In this document: in pieces, positions 35,149-47,938 of the stretch
Position numbering within the stretch: the stretch's first letter is position 1
Layout: every line of letters starts with the position of its first letter
Origin: Hypanus sabinus
Lineage: Eukaryota
Direction: 5' to 3'
Length of the DNA: 64,000 nt
Assembly (NCBI RefSeq): GCF_030144855.1
Contig: NC_082729.1
Span: 23,002,001-23,066,000, forward strand
Program-made: the position numbers and the translations under genes
Notes under the pieces: model-generated
Database searches by the model: none
The model's input: the letters and a program-made list of their open reading frames with translations, nothing else
What the model was told of the DNA's origin: nothing

Positions 35149-36525
35149 GCTGAGCCTGGAGGGGAAGATATTGTGGAGTTGAGGGTGATTGGGAATGGAA
35201 GGAGGGGGCAAGAAGAGGAAAGGAAGGAGATGGGTGTGGGAAAGAGACAGGGAGAGAGAGGGAGGGAAAAGAGGGAAGATGGGGTCAAAAGGAGAAGAGC
35301 ATGAGAGAGGAGAGGTAGGTGAAAATGATGGAGGATGAAAGAAGATTGAAGGGAGGGGGAGGGTAGAGAGATGGACGGGTAAGGGGAGGAGGCTGGGTGC
35401 TGAAAAACGGAAGGAGGGTCAGATGAGACGGGGAATGGAGGACAGGTGAAGATTGGTTGAAGATAACCGGGGGTGGTGAAGAATAAGGACAGGTAGAGAG
35501 AAGGGAAGAGGAGAGAAATGGGAGAGCGAGTAGGCAACATGAGGGGAGGAGGTGAGGGAAGGAGAACAGGGAGAGTGAAGATGAAAGGGAAAGAGGGAAG
35601 GGGAAGGGAGAACGGGATGGGGATGAGGGAAGGAGAGGGGGAGGAGAAAAGGGGAGGCGAAGAGGGAAGAGGCAGGGGAACATGAGGAGAGAAGGATGAG
35701 GAAAGGGGAGGGTGACAGAGATGGGGAGGAGGAGCAGGAAGAAAGAGGGTGAGAAGGGGAAAGGAAGAGGAGGAAGTGGAGTGGATGGGTGGACATGAGA
35801 GGAAGGGGTGGAGGAGAAAGGGAAGGGAAGGAGGAGGATGTGGGAAGGGGAGGGTGGGGAAGAGGAGGCTGAGGAAAACAGAAGGGATGGAGGAGGGAAG
35901 GGAGGATGAGGAGGGAAGGGGAAGATGAAGAAGGAGAGGAGGAGAAGAGGAGGAGGAGGAGAAGGGGAGGAGGAGGGAAGGGGAAGGGAGGAGGAGTGGA
36001 TAAGGAGGGCGAAGAGGAGGAGGAATAGGTGGAAGCATTGCATAGGAGACGGAAGGGTGACGGGAAGGAGGGAGGGGGTAAAATGGGGTGTGGGGAAGGG
36101 AGGTTGCAGAACGTGGCAGGGACAAGCAAAGAGAAAGGGGGACGGAGGATGTGAGGTGAAGTGGGGGGAGGGTTGAATGCAGGAACGGTGGAAAGAATAA
36201 GGAGGGAAAGGGGAAGGTGAGTGGCAAAGGGTGGAGGAGGCAGGGGAAGAGATGGAGAGGAAGGAAGAAAAGGAAAGAGTGGGGGGAAGCTTTGAAGGGG
36301 GTGGGAAGGAGAGGGGCATAGATAGAGAGAGGAGGGGTGGAGGGAAAAGAGAGAGAGGATGGAAGTCACAACCATCTCCTGCCTCACTGCCCCTCCTGCA
36401 CCACGGTGCTCACTCCTCACGAGCCCTCACACACCGCATTGGTTCTCCTCCCTGACAGACCCTCCAGCCCCACAGCAGAGACGGGAAATGGACGGGGATG
36501 GGGAAGAAAGTGGCCTTCAGTGTGA

Positions 36526-39500
36526 CACTCCCCCCTCACCTCCTCACCCTCAGCACGGCACTCCCTCCTCACCTCCTCACCCTCAGCACGGCACTCCCTC
36601 CTCACCTCCTCACCCGCAGCACGGCACTCCCTCCTCACCTCCTCACCCTCAGCACGGCACGCCCTCCTCACCCTCAGCACGGCACTCCGCCCTCACGTCC
36701 TCATCCGCAGCACGGCACTCACTCCTCACACCCTCACCCTCAGCACGGCACTCCGCCCTCACGTCCTCACCCTCAGCACGACACTCCCTCCTCACCTCCT
36801 CACCCTCAGCACGGCACTCCCCCCTCACCTCCTCACCCTCAGCACGACACTCCCTCCTCACCTCCTCACCCTCAGCACGTCACTCCCTCCTCACCCACTC
36901 ACCCTCAGCCCGGCACTCCCTCCTCACACCCTCAGCACGTCACTCCCTCCTCACCTCCTCACCCTCAGCAAGGCACTCCCTCCTCACCCTCAGCATGTCA
37001 CTCCCTCCTCACCTCCTCACCCTCAGCACGGCACTCCCTCCTCACCCCATCACCCGCAGCACGTCACTCCCTCCTCACCTCCTCACCCGCAGCACGTCAC
37101 TCCCTCCTCACCTCCTCACCCTCAGCACGACACTCCCTCCTCACCTCCTCACCCTCAGCACGGCACTCCCACCTCACCCCCTCACCCTCAGCACGTCACT
37201 CCCTCCTCACCTCCTCACCCTCAGCACGACACTCCCTCCTCACCCCCTCACCCTCAGCACGTCACTCCCTCCTCACCTCCTCACCCTCAGCACGGCACTC
37301 CCTCCTCACCTCCTCACCCTCAGCACGGCACTCCCTCCTCACCTCCTCACCCTCAGCACGGCACTCCCTCCTCACCTCCTCACCCTCAGCATGTCACTCC
37401 CTCCTCACCCACTCACCCTCAGCCCGGCACTCCCTCCTCACACCCTCAGCACGTCACTCCCTCCTCACCCACTCACCCTCAGCCCGGCACTCCCTCCTCA
37501 CACCCTCAGCACGTCACTCCCTCCTCACCTCCTCACCCTCAGCAAGGCACTCCCTCCTCACCCTCAGCATGTCACTCCCTCCTCACCCACTCACCCTCAG
37601 CCCGGCACTCCCTCCTCACACCCTCAGCACGTCACTCCCTCCTCACCCACTCACCCTCAGCCCGGCACTCCCTCCTCACACCCTCAGCACGTCACTCCCT
37701 CCTCACCTCCTCACCCGCAGCACGACACTCCCTCCTCACCTCCTCACCCTCAGCACGACACTCCCTCCTCACCTCCTCACCCTCAGCACGTCACTCCCTC
37801 CTCACCTCCTCACCCTCAGCACGTCACTCCCTCCTCACCTCCTCACCCTCAGCACGACACTCCCTCCTCACCTCCTCACCCTCAGCACGACACTCCCTCC
37901 TCACCTCCTCACCCTCAGCACGTCACTCCCTCCTCACCTCCTCACCCTCAGCACGTCACTCCCTCCTCACCTCCTCACCCTCAGCACGACACTCCCTCCT
38001 CACCCCCTCACCCTCAGCACGTCACTCCCTCCTCACCTCCTCACCCGCAGCACGACACTCCCTCCTCACCTCCTCACCCTCAGCACGACACTCCCTCCTC
38101 ACCTCCTCACCCTCAGCACGTCACTCCCTCCTCACCTCCTCACCCTCAGCACGTCACTCCCTCCTCACCTCCTCACCCTCAGCACGACACTCCCTCCTCA
38201 CCTCCTCACCCTCAGCACGTCACTCCCTCCTCACCTCCTCACCCTCAGCATGTCACTCCCTCCTCACCTCCTCACCCTCAGCACGTCACTCCCTCCTCAC
38301 CTCCTCACCCTCAGCCCGGCACTCCCTCCTCACCTCCTCACCCTCAGCACGATACTCCCTCCTCACACCCTCAGCACGTCACTCCCTCCTCACCTCCTCA
38401 CCCTCAGCACGTCACTCCCTCCTCACCACACCCTCAGAACGGCACTCCCCCCTCACCTCCTCACCCTCAGCCCGGCACTCCCTCCTCACCTCCTCACCCT
38501 CAGCACGACACTCCCTCCTCACACCCTCAGCACGTCACTCCCTCCTCACCTCCTCACCCTCAGCACGTCACTCCCTCCTCACCACACCCTCAGAACGGCA
38601 CTCCCCCCTCACCTCCTCACCCTCAGCACGGCACTCCCTCCTCACCTCCTCACCCTCAGCACGTCACTCCCTCCTCACCTCCTCACCCTCAGCACGACAC
38701 TCCCTCCTCACACCCTCAGCACGTCACTCCCTCCTCACCTCCTCACCCTCAGCACGTCACTCCCTCCTCACCACACCCTCAGAACGGCACTCCCCCCTCA
38801 CCTCCTCACCCTCAGCACGGCACTCCCTCCTCACCCCATCACCCGCAGCACGGCACCCCCACCTCACCACCTCACCCTCAGCACGGCACTCCCTCCTCAC
38901 CTCCTCACGCTCAGCACGGCACTCCCCCCTCACCTCCTCACCCTCAACACGATACTCCCTCCTCACCTCCTCACCCTCAGCACGACACTCCCTCCTCACC
39001 TCCTCACCCTCAGCACGGCACTCCCTCCTCACCTCCTCACCCTCAGCACGGCACTCCCTCCTCACCTCCTCACCCTCAGCACGGCACTCCCCCCTCACCT
39101 CCTCACCCTCAACACGATACTCCCTCCTCACCTCCTCACGCTCAGCACGGCACTCCCTCCTCACCCCATCACCCGCAGCACGGCACTCCCTCCTCACCTC
39201 CTCACCCTCAGCACGGCACTAACTCCTCACCCCCTCACCCTCAGCACGGCACTCCCTCCTCACCTCACCCTCAGCCCGGCACTCCCTCCTCACACCCTCA
39301 GCACGACACTCCCTCCTCACCTCACCCTCAGCCCGGCACTCCCTCCTCACACCCTCAGCACGACACTCCCTCCTCACCTCCTCACCCTCAGCACGTCACT
39401 CCCTCACCACCTCCTCACCCTCAGCACGGCACTCCCTCCTCACCCTCAGCACGTCACTCCCTCCTCACCTCCTCACCCTCAGCACGTCACTCCCTCTTCA

Positions 39501-42500
39501 CCTCCTCACCCTCAGCACGGCACTCCCTCCTCACCCTCAGCACGTCACTCCCTCCTCACCTCCTCACCCTCAGCACGACACTCCCTCCTCACACCCTCAG
39601 CACGTCACTCCCTCCTCACCTCCTCACCCTCAGCACGGCACTCCCTCCTCACCGCCTCACCCTCAGCACGACACTCCCCCATCACCACACCCTCAGAACG
39701 GCACTCCCTCCTCACCTCCTCACCCTCAACACGACACTCCATCCTAACTTCCTCACCCTCAGCACGGCACTCCCTCCTCACCTCACCCTCAGCCCGGCAC
39801 TCCCTCCTCACACCCTCAGCACGACACTCCCTCCTCACCTCACCCTCAGCCCGGCACTCCCTCTTCACACCCTCAGCACGACACTCCCTCCTCACCTCCT
39901 CACCCTCAGCACGTCACTCCCTCTTCACCTCCTCACCCTCAGCACGGCACTCCCTCCTCACCCTCAGCACGTCACTCCCTCCTCACCTCCTCACCCTCAG
40001 CACGTCACTCCCTCTTCACCTCCTCACCCTCAGCACGGCACTCCCTCCTCACCCTCAGCACGTCACTCCCTCTTCACCTCCTCACCCTCAGCACGACACT
40101 CCCTCCTCACACCCTCAGCACGTCACTCCCTCCTCACCTCCTCACCCTCAGCACGTCACTCCCTCCTCACCTCACCCTCAGCACGACACTCCCTCCTCAC
40201 CGCCTCACCCTCAGCACGACACTCCCTCCTCACCACACCCTCAGAACGGCACTCCCCCCTCACCTCCTCACCCTCAGCACGACACTCCCTCCTCACCTCC
40301 TCACCCTCAGCACGGCACTCCCTCCTCACCTCCTCACCCTCAGCACGGCACTCCGCCCTCACGTCCTCACCCGCAGCACGGCACTCCCTCCTCACCTCCT
40401 CACCCTCAGCACGACACTCCCCCCCTCACCACACCCTCAGAACGGCACTCCCTCCTCACCTCCTCACCCTCAGCACGGCACTCCCTCCTCACCTCCTCAC
40501 CCTCAACACGACTCTCCATCCTAACCTCTTCACCCTCAGCACGACACTCCCCCCTCACCACACCCTCAGCACGACACTCCCCCCTCACCTCCTCACCCTC
40601 AGCACGGCACTCTCTCCTCACCCCCTCACCCTCAGCACGGCACTCCCCCCTCACCTCCTCACCCTCAGCGCGGCACTCCCTCCTCACCTCCTCACGCTCA
40701 GCACGGCACTCCCTCCTCACCCTCAGCACGTCACTCCCCACTCACCTCCTCACCCTCAGCACGGCACTCCCTCCTCACCTCCTCACCCTCAGCACGGCAC
40801 TCCCTTCTCACCCTCAGCACGTCACTCCTCACCTCCTCACCCTCAGCACGACACTCCCTCCTCACCTCCTCACCCTCAGCACGGCACTCCCTCCTCACCT
40901 CCTCACCCTCAGCACGGCACTCCGCCCTCACGTCCTCACCCGCAGCACGGCACTCCCTCCTCACCTCCTCACCCTCAGCACGACACTCCCCCCCTCACCA
41001 CACCCTCAGAACGGCACTCCCTCCTCACCTCCTCACCCTCAGCACGGCACTCCCTCCTCACCTCCTCACCCTCAACACGACTCTCCATCCTAACCTCTTC
41101 ACCCTCAGCACGACACTCCCCCCTCACCACACCCTCAGCACGACACTCCCCCCTCACCTCCTCACCCTCAGCACGGCACTCTCTCCTCACCCCCTCACCC
41201 TCAGCACGGCACTCCCCCCTCACCTCCTCACCCTCAGCGCGGCACTCCCTCCTCACCTCCTCACGCTCAGCACGGCACTCCCTCCTCACCCTCAGCACGT
41301 CACTCCCCACTCACCTCCTCACCCTCAGCACGGCACTCCCTCCTCACCTCCTCACCCTCAGCACGGCACTCCCTTCTCACCCTCAGCACGTCACTCCTCA
41401 CCTCCTCACCCTCAGCACGGCACTCCCTCCTCACCTCCTCACCCTCAGCACGACACTCCCTCCTCACCTCCTCACCCTCAGCACGGCACTCCCACCTCAC
41501 CCCCTCACCCTCAGCACGGCACTCCCTCCTCACCTCCTCACCCTCAGCACGGCACTCCCCCCTCACCTCCTCACCCTCAGCACGGCACTCCCTCCTCACC
41601 TCCTCACCCTCATCACGGCACTCCCCCCTCACCTCCTCACCCTCAGCACGGCACTCCCCCCTCACCTCCTCACCCTAAGCATGTCACTCCCCCTCACCTC
41701 CTCACCCTCAGCACGACACTCCCCCCTCACCTCCTCACCCTCAGCACGGCACTCCCCCCTCACCTCCTCACCCTAAGCATGTCACTCCCCCTCACCTCCT
41801 CACCCTCAACACGGCACTCCCCCCTCACCTCCTCACCCTCAGCACGGCACTCCCTCCTCACCTCCTCACCCTCAGCACGGCACTCCCCCCTCACCTCCTC
41901 ACCCTCAACACGGCACTCCCCCCTCACCTCCTCACCCTCAACACGGCACTCCCCCCTCACCTCCTCACCCTAAGCATGTCACTCCCCCTCACCTCCTCAC
42001 CCTCAGCACGACACTCCCTCCTCACCTCCTCACCCTCAGCACGGCACTCCCCCCTCACCTCCTCACCCTCAACACGACACTCCCTCCTCACCTCCTCACC
42101 CTCAGCACGGCACTCCCCCCTCACCTCCTCACGCTCCGCACGGCACTCCCTCCTCACCCTCAGCATGGCACTCCCCCCTCACCTCCTCACCCTCAGCACG
42201 TCACTCCCACCTCACCTCCTCACCCTCAGCATGTCACTCCCCCTCACCTCCTCACCCTCAGCACGTCACTCCCTCCTCACCTCCTCACCCTCAGCACGTC
42301 ACTCCCCCCTCACCTCCTCACCCTCAGCATGTCACTCCCCCCTCACCTCACCCTCAGCACGTCAATCCCCCCTCACCTCCTCACCCTCAGCACGTCACTC
42401 CCCCCTCACCTCACCCTCAGCACGTCAATCCCCCCTCACCTCCTCACCCTCAGCACGGCACTCCCTCCTCACCTCCTCACCCTCAGCACGGCACTCCCTC

Positions 42501-42723
42501 CTCACCTCCTCACCCTCAGCACGGCACTCCCTCCTCACCCTCAGCACGGCACTCCCCCCTCACCTCCTCACCCTCAGCATGTCACTCCCCCTCACCTCCT
42601 CACCCTCAGCACGGCACTCCCCACTCACCTCCTCACCCTCAGCACGGCACTCCCTCCTCACCTCCTCACCCTCAGCACGGCACGCCCTCCTCACCTCCTC
42701 ACCCTCAGCACGGCACTCCCTCC
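36526..42723 (+). repeat. 33-bp minisatellite (~6.2 kb, roughly 200 variant units) in the intron of copy 4
   Basis: Unit CACGGCACTC(CCTCCTCA)2CCCTCAG with 25-33-bp variants; an internal 569-bp higher-order duplication is shown by identical ORFs at 40406 and 40975. Confidence 0.97.
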
Positions 42724-43818
42724 GCACTGAAATGAACGCAGTGCACTCCCCCATCCTCACCTCCCCAACACCACCCCACCTCCTCTCCCTCCCCACCATT
42801 CATCATCTGCTGTGGGCCCCTAGGGACCACAGCTCCTGCATTCCTTCCTGGGCCCCCACCGACTCACCTTGGAGCCTGCTCTCCCTCTCGATGAAGTTCA
42901 GCCTCCCCGGAATCTCTGGCTCACTCCGTCCCCCCGGGCAGCTCGGGAGAGTTGGACTCAGATCCCAAACTGCTGCGACCACAGCAACCAATGCTGAAGA
43001 TGAACTGTGCAGAAACGAACGGAAGGGCTGTCCGCAGTCCTTTATTAACACATTAGTATTTCTTCATCACTTTTTTTTAAATCTCCGGTTTATTAGCTCA
43101 GTTCCTCAAACTGAATCAGATGGGGACGGCAAAGAGAAACCACAGGAGTTCCGGAAAGAGAGAAAAAGGGGTAAATATCCCATCACACACTCCCGGGGTC
43201 AGACACAGAGTGAAGCTCCCTCCACACCGTCCCATCACACACTCCCGGGGTCAGACACAGAGTGAAACTCCCTCCACACCGTCCCATCACACACTCCCGG
43301 GGTCAGACACAGAGTGAAGCTCCCTCCACACCGTCCCATCACACACTCCCGGGGTCAGGCACAGAGTGAAGCTCCCTCCACATCGTCCCATCACACACTC
43401 CCGGGGTCAGACACAGAGTGAAGCTCCCTCCACACCGTCCCATCACACACTCCCGGAGTCAGACACAGAGTGAAGCTCCCTCCACACTGTCCCATCACAC
43501 ACTCCCGGGGTCAGGCACAGAGTGAAGCTCCTTCCACACCGTCCCATCACACACTCCCGGGGTCAGACAAGTGTGAAGCTCCCTCCACACCGTCCCATCA
43601 CACACTCCCGGGGTCAGACACAGAGTGAATCTCCCTCCACACTGTCCCATCACACACTCCCGGGGTCAGGCACAGAGTGAAGCTCCCTCCACACCGTCCC
43701 ATCACACACTCCCGGGGTCAGACACAGAGTGAAGCTCCCTCCACACCGTCCCATCACACACTCCCGGGGGTCAGACACTGAGTGAAGCTCCCTCCACACC
43801 GTCCCATCACACACTCCC

Positions 43819-44143
43819 CTGCGGCTGGCGAAATCCGCCATCCGTGGGTCTTGGAAACGGGTGGCGGGACGATCTCCCCGGGCAGACTGCCTGGCAATGT
43901 TTAGGGGGTATGTTCGTGCCTGGGTAAATATTGAAAAAGAACACGCGCAGTCCACGGCGACCTTAGAGGAGTTTCAAGACCGTTGGGCTCCGCGGGGAGT
44001 AAATGCCATCGTAGATAGGGATGGCAACATTCTGGTGTAATGTCTATTGTCTATTTGTAGTGCAGTAATTGTGTTTGCCACTGTTTTGTATATATTGTAT
44101 AGCACTGATATTTGTAATAAAGGATTTTGTAATTTTAAAAAAA
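43819..44143 (+). mobile_element. 5'-truncated Tx1 copy (~325 bp)
   Basis: Matches 10909-11229; junctions CACACTCCC|...AAAAAAA|GGGTCAGAC. Confidence 0.93.
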
Positions 44144-44660
44144 GGGTCAGACGCAGAGTGAAGCTCCCTCCACACCGTCCCATCACACACTCCCGGGGTC
44201 AGACACAGAGTGAAGCTCCCTCCACACTGTCCCATCACACACTCCCGGGGTCAGACACAGAGTGAAGCTCCCTCCACACTGTCCCATCACACACTCCCGG
44301 GGTCGGACACAGAGTGAAGCTCCCCCCACACTGTCCCATCACACACTCCCGGGGTTAGACACAGAGTGAAACTCCCTCCGCACCGTCCCATCACACACTC
44401 CCGGGGTCAGACACAGAGTGAATCTCCCTCCACACCGTCCCATCACACACTCCCGGGGTCAGACAGAGTGAAGCTCCCTCCACACCGTCCCATCACACAC
44501 TCCCGGGGTCAGACACAGAGTGAATCTCCCTCCACACCGTCCCATCACACACTCCCGGGGTCAGACACAGAGTGAAGCTCCCTCCACACCGTCCCATCAC
44601 TCACTCCGGGGGTCAGACACAGAGTGAATCTCCCTCCACACCGTCCCATCACACACTCCC

Positions 44661-45109
44661 TTTTTGCATATTTGCGTGGGCTGCTTCTCGCCTTCTGGCT
44701 GCATTTTAGTCCCACCCTGTTTATATATGGTCATCCAGTAAGGAAGGGGGCATGGAGGGATGAGGATGTCCTAGTCAACTTGCTCCTGGGGCTGGCGAAA
44801 TCCGCCATCCGTGGGTCTTGGAAACGGGTGGCGGGAGGATCTCCCCGGGCAGACTGCCTGGCAATGTTTAGGGGGTATGTTCGTGCCCGGGTAACTATTG
44901 AAAAGGAACACGCGCAGTCCACAGCAGCCTTGGAGGAGTTTCGAGACCGTTGGGCTCCGCGGGGAGTAAATGCCATCGTAGATAGGGATGGCAACATTCT
45001 GGTGTAATGTCTATTGTCTATTTGTAGTGCAGTAATTGTGTTTGCCACTGTTTTGTATATATTGTATAGCAGCGAAATTTGTAATAAAGGATTTTGTAAT
45101 AAAAAAAAA
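44661..45109 (+). mobile_element. 5'-truncated Tx1 copy (~450 bp)
   Basis: Matches 10784-11229; junctions CACACTCCC|...A9|GGGGTCAGAC; ORF2 C-terminus open to 45007. Confidence 0.93.
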
Positions 45110-45289
45110 GGGGTCAGACACAGAGTGAAGCTCCCTCTACACCGTCCCATCAGACACTCTCGGGGTCAGACACAGAGTGAAGCTCCCTCCACACCGTCCC
45201 ATCACACACTCCCGGGGTCAGACACAGAGTGAAGCTCCCTCCACACCATCCCATCACACACTCCCGGGGTCAGACACAGAGTGAAGCTG

Positions 45290-45444
45290 CCTGGGCCGTG
45301 GGCTTGTTTTCAAAGCGATCGTTCTGGAGTATTCTGGGTCATCCGGGTGCAAACTCTGTACCAGTAAAATTAAAGCAGACGTCGGGAGCGCTTTGGAGGC
45401 AAAAAAGAGAAACGATCGCTTTGAAAACAAGCCCACGGCCCAGG
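45290..45444. repeat. 34-bp perfect inverted repeat at the centre of the copy 4/copy 5 head-to-head inversion
   Basis: CCTGGGCCGTGGGCTTGTTTTCAAAGCGATCGTT (45290-45323) and its reverse complement (45411-45444). Confidence 0.9.
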
Positions 45445-45487
45445 AAAGAGGAGATGGATTGTGGGGAGTGGGAGCAAAGACAGTGAC

Positions 45488-45855
45488 GGGACGGTGTGGA
45501 GGGAGCTTCACTCTGTGTCTGACCCCGGGAGTGTGTGATGGGACGGGTGGAGGGAGCTTCACTCTGTGTCTGACCCCGGGAGTGTGTGATGGGACGGTGT
45601 GGAGGGAGCTTCACTCTGTGTCTGACCCCAGGGAGTGTGTGATGGGACGGTGCGGAGGGAGTTTCACTCTGTGTCTGACCCCGGGAGTGTGAGATGGGAC
45701 GGTGTGGAGGGAGATTCACTCTGTGTCTGACCTCGGGAGTGTGTGATGGGACGGTGTGGAGGGAGATTCACTCTGTGTCTGACTCCGGGAGTGTGTGATG
45801 GGACGGTGTGGAGGGAGTTTCACTCTGTGTCTGACCCCGGGAGTGTGTGTTGGGA
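45488..45855 (-). repeat. 52-bp satellite array A5 (inverted, ~7 units)
   Basis: Reverse-complement units upstream of copy 5. Confidence 0.95.
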
Positions 45856-47786
45856 TATTTACCCCTTTTTCTCTCTTTCCGGAACTCCTGTGGTTTCTCT
45901 TTGCCGTCCCCGTCTGATTCAGTTTGAGGAACTGAGCTAATAAACCGGAGATTTAAAAAAAAGTGATGAAGAAATACTAATGTGTTAATAAAGGACTGCG
46001 GACAGCCCTTCCGTTCGTTTCTGCACAGTTCATCTTCAGCATTGGTTGCTGTGGTCGCAGCAGTTTGGGATCTGAGTCCAACTCTCCCGAGCTGTCCGGG
46101 GGGACGGAGTGAGCCAGAGATTCCGGGGAGGCTGAACTTCATCGAGAGGGAGAGCAGGCTCCAAGGTGAGTCGGTGGGGGCCCAGGAAGGAATGCCGGAG
46201 CTGGGGTCCCTAGGGGCCCACAGCAGATGATGAATGGTGGGGAGGGAGAGGGTGGGGTGGTGTTGTGGAGGTGAGGATGGTGGAGTGCACTGCGTTCATT
46301 TCAGTGAGGAGGGAGTGCCGTGCTGAGGGTGAGGAGGGAGTGCCGTGCTGAGGGTGAGGAGGTGAGGGGGGAGTGTCACACTGAAGGCCACTTTCTTCCC
46401 CTTCCCCGTCCATTTCCCGTCCCTGCTGTGGGGCTGGAGGGTCTGTCAGGGAGGAGAACCAATGCGGTGTGTGAGGGCTGGTGAGGAGTGAGCACCATGG
46501 TGCAGGAGGGGCAGTGAGGGGGGAGATGGTTGTGACTTCCATCCTCTCTCTCTTTTCCCTCCACCCCTCCTCTCTCTATCTACGCCCCTCTCCTTCCCAC
46601 CCCCTTCAAACCTTCACCCCACCCTTTCTTGTTCTTCCCTCCTCTCCATCTCTTCCCCTGCCCCTCCACCCTTTGCCTCTCACCTTCCCCCTTTCCCTCC
46701 TTATTCTTTCCACTGTTCCTGCATTCAACCCTCCCCCCACTTCACCTCACATCCTCCGTCCCCCTTTCTCTTTGCTTGTCCCTGCCACGTACTGCAACCT
46801 CCCTTCCCCACACCCCATTTTACCCCCTCCCTCCTTCCCGTCACCCTTCCGTCTCCTACGCAATACCACCTTTTCCTCCTCCACCTCCTCCCCCCTCCCT
46901 ATCCACTCCTTCTCCCTTCCTCTTCCCTCCTCCTCCCCATCCCCATCACTCCTCCTCCCATTCTCTCCTCCTCCTCCCCTACCCTCCTCTTCCTCTCCTT
47001 CCCTCCTTATCCTCCACCACTCCTCCTTCCCCTCCCTTTTCCTCACCCTACCTACTCCATGCTTCACCTCCTCTTCCCCACCCTTCCCTTCCCACATCAT
47101 CCTCTTTCCCTTTCTCCTCCACCCCTTCCTCTCATATCTTTCCCGCCCCTTTCTCCTCTTACTCTTCCTCCTCTTCCCTTCCCCTCCTCTCCCTCTTTCT
47201 TTCTGTTCCTCCAACCCTTCTCCTTCACCCTCCCCTTTCCTCATCCTTCTCTCCTCATGTTCCCCCGCCTCTTCCCTCTTCCCCTCCCCTTTCCTCTTCC
47301 CCCATCCTTCCCACATCCCCATCCCCTTCCCTCACCACCTCCCCTCACCTTGTCTACTCCCTCTCCCATTTCTCTCCTCTTCCCTTCTCTCTACCTCCTT
47401 ATTCTTCACCCCCCGTTATCTTCAATCAATCTTCACCTGTCCTCACTTCCCCATCTCCTCTGCCCCTCCTTTCGCCTTTCAGCACTCAGCATCCTCCACT
47501 TACCCATCCATCTCTCTACCCTCCCCCTCCCTTCACACCTCTTCATCCACCCATTTCAGTTGTTCATTCCCCTCCCCCCCCTTCAATCCTCTTTCATCCT
47601 CCATCATCTTCACCTACCTCTCCTCTCCCATGCACCTCTCCTTTTGACCCCATCTTCCCTCCTTTCCTTCCCTCTCTCTCCCTGCTTCCTCATTCCCTCA
47701 CCCATCTCCCTCCTTCCCTCATGTTGTCCCCTCCCTCCATTCCCAACCTCCCTCACCTCCACAATATATTCCCCTCCAGGCTCAGC

Positions 47787-47858
47787 ATGATGTATTCTGG
47801 AGATGATTACTATGACAACACGTCTTCCTTTGGAACTCCTCCTATGAGAACATACTAA
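47787..47858 (+). pseudogene. GPCR copy 5: upstream exon and intron (46166-47779) intact, only ~20 N-terminal codons remain
   Basis: CCAG|GCTCAGC ATGATGTATTCTGGA.. then a frameshift and a junction to inverted 3'-flank sequence. Confidence 0.8.
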
Positions 47859-47938
47859 TAATAAATTGTTAATAATTTATTTCATAATTTTATTTTTAAT
47901 GAATAAACAGTCTTGGTGAAGGATCTTGGCCCAAAACT

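Larger units (their letters stand above)
43178..45288 (+). repeat. 52-bp satellite array A4, carrying two Tx1 insertions
   Basis: Same unit; interrupted at 43819 and 44661. Confidence 0.97.

Noticed and set aside
36526-42723. Resemblance to the Jeffreys minisatellite core and the human PRDM9 motif
   Set aside because: Partial matches are expected by chance in G/A-rich sequence, and the PRDM9 motif is specific to human alleles.
36359-43265. 1805-aa, 1531-aa and 429-aa Pro/His/Ser-rich ORFs
   Set aside because: Translations of the stop-poor strand of the 33-bp minisatellite; open in several frames and antisense to the host intron.
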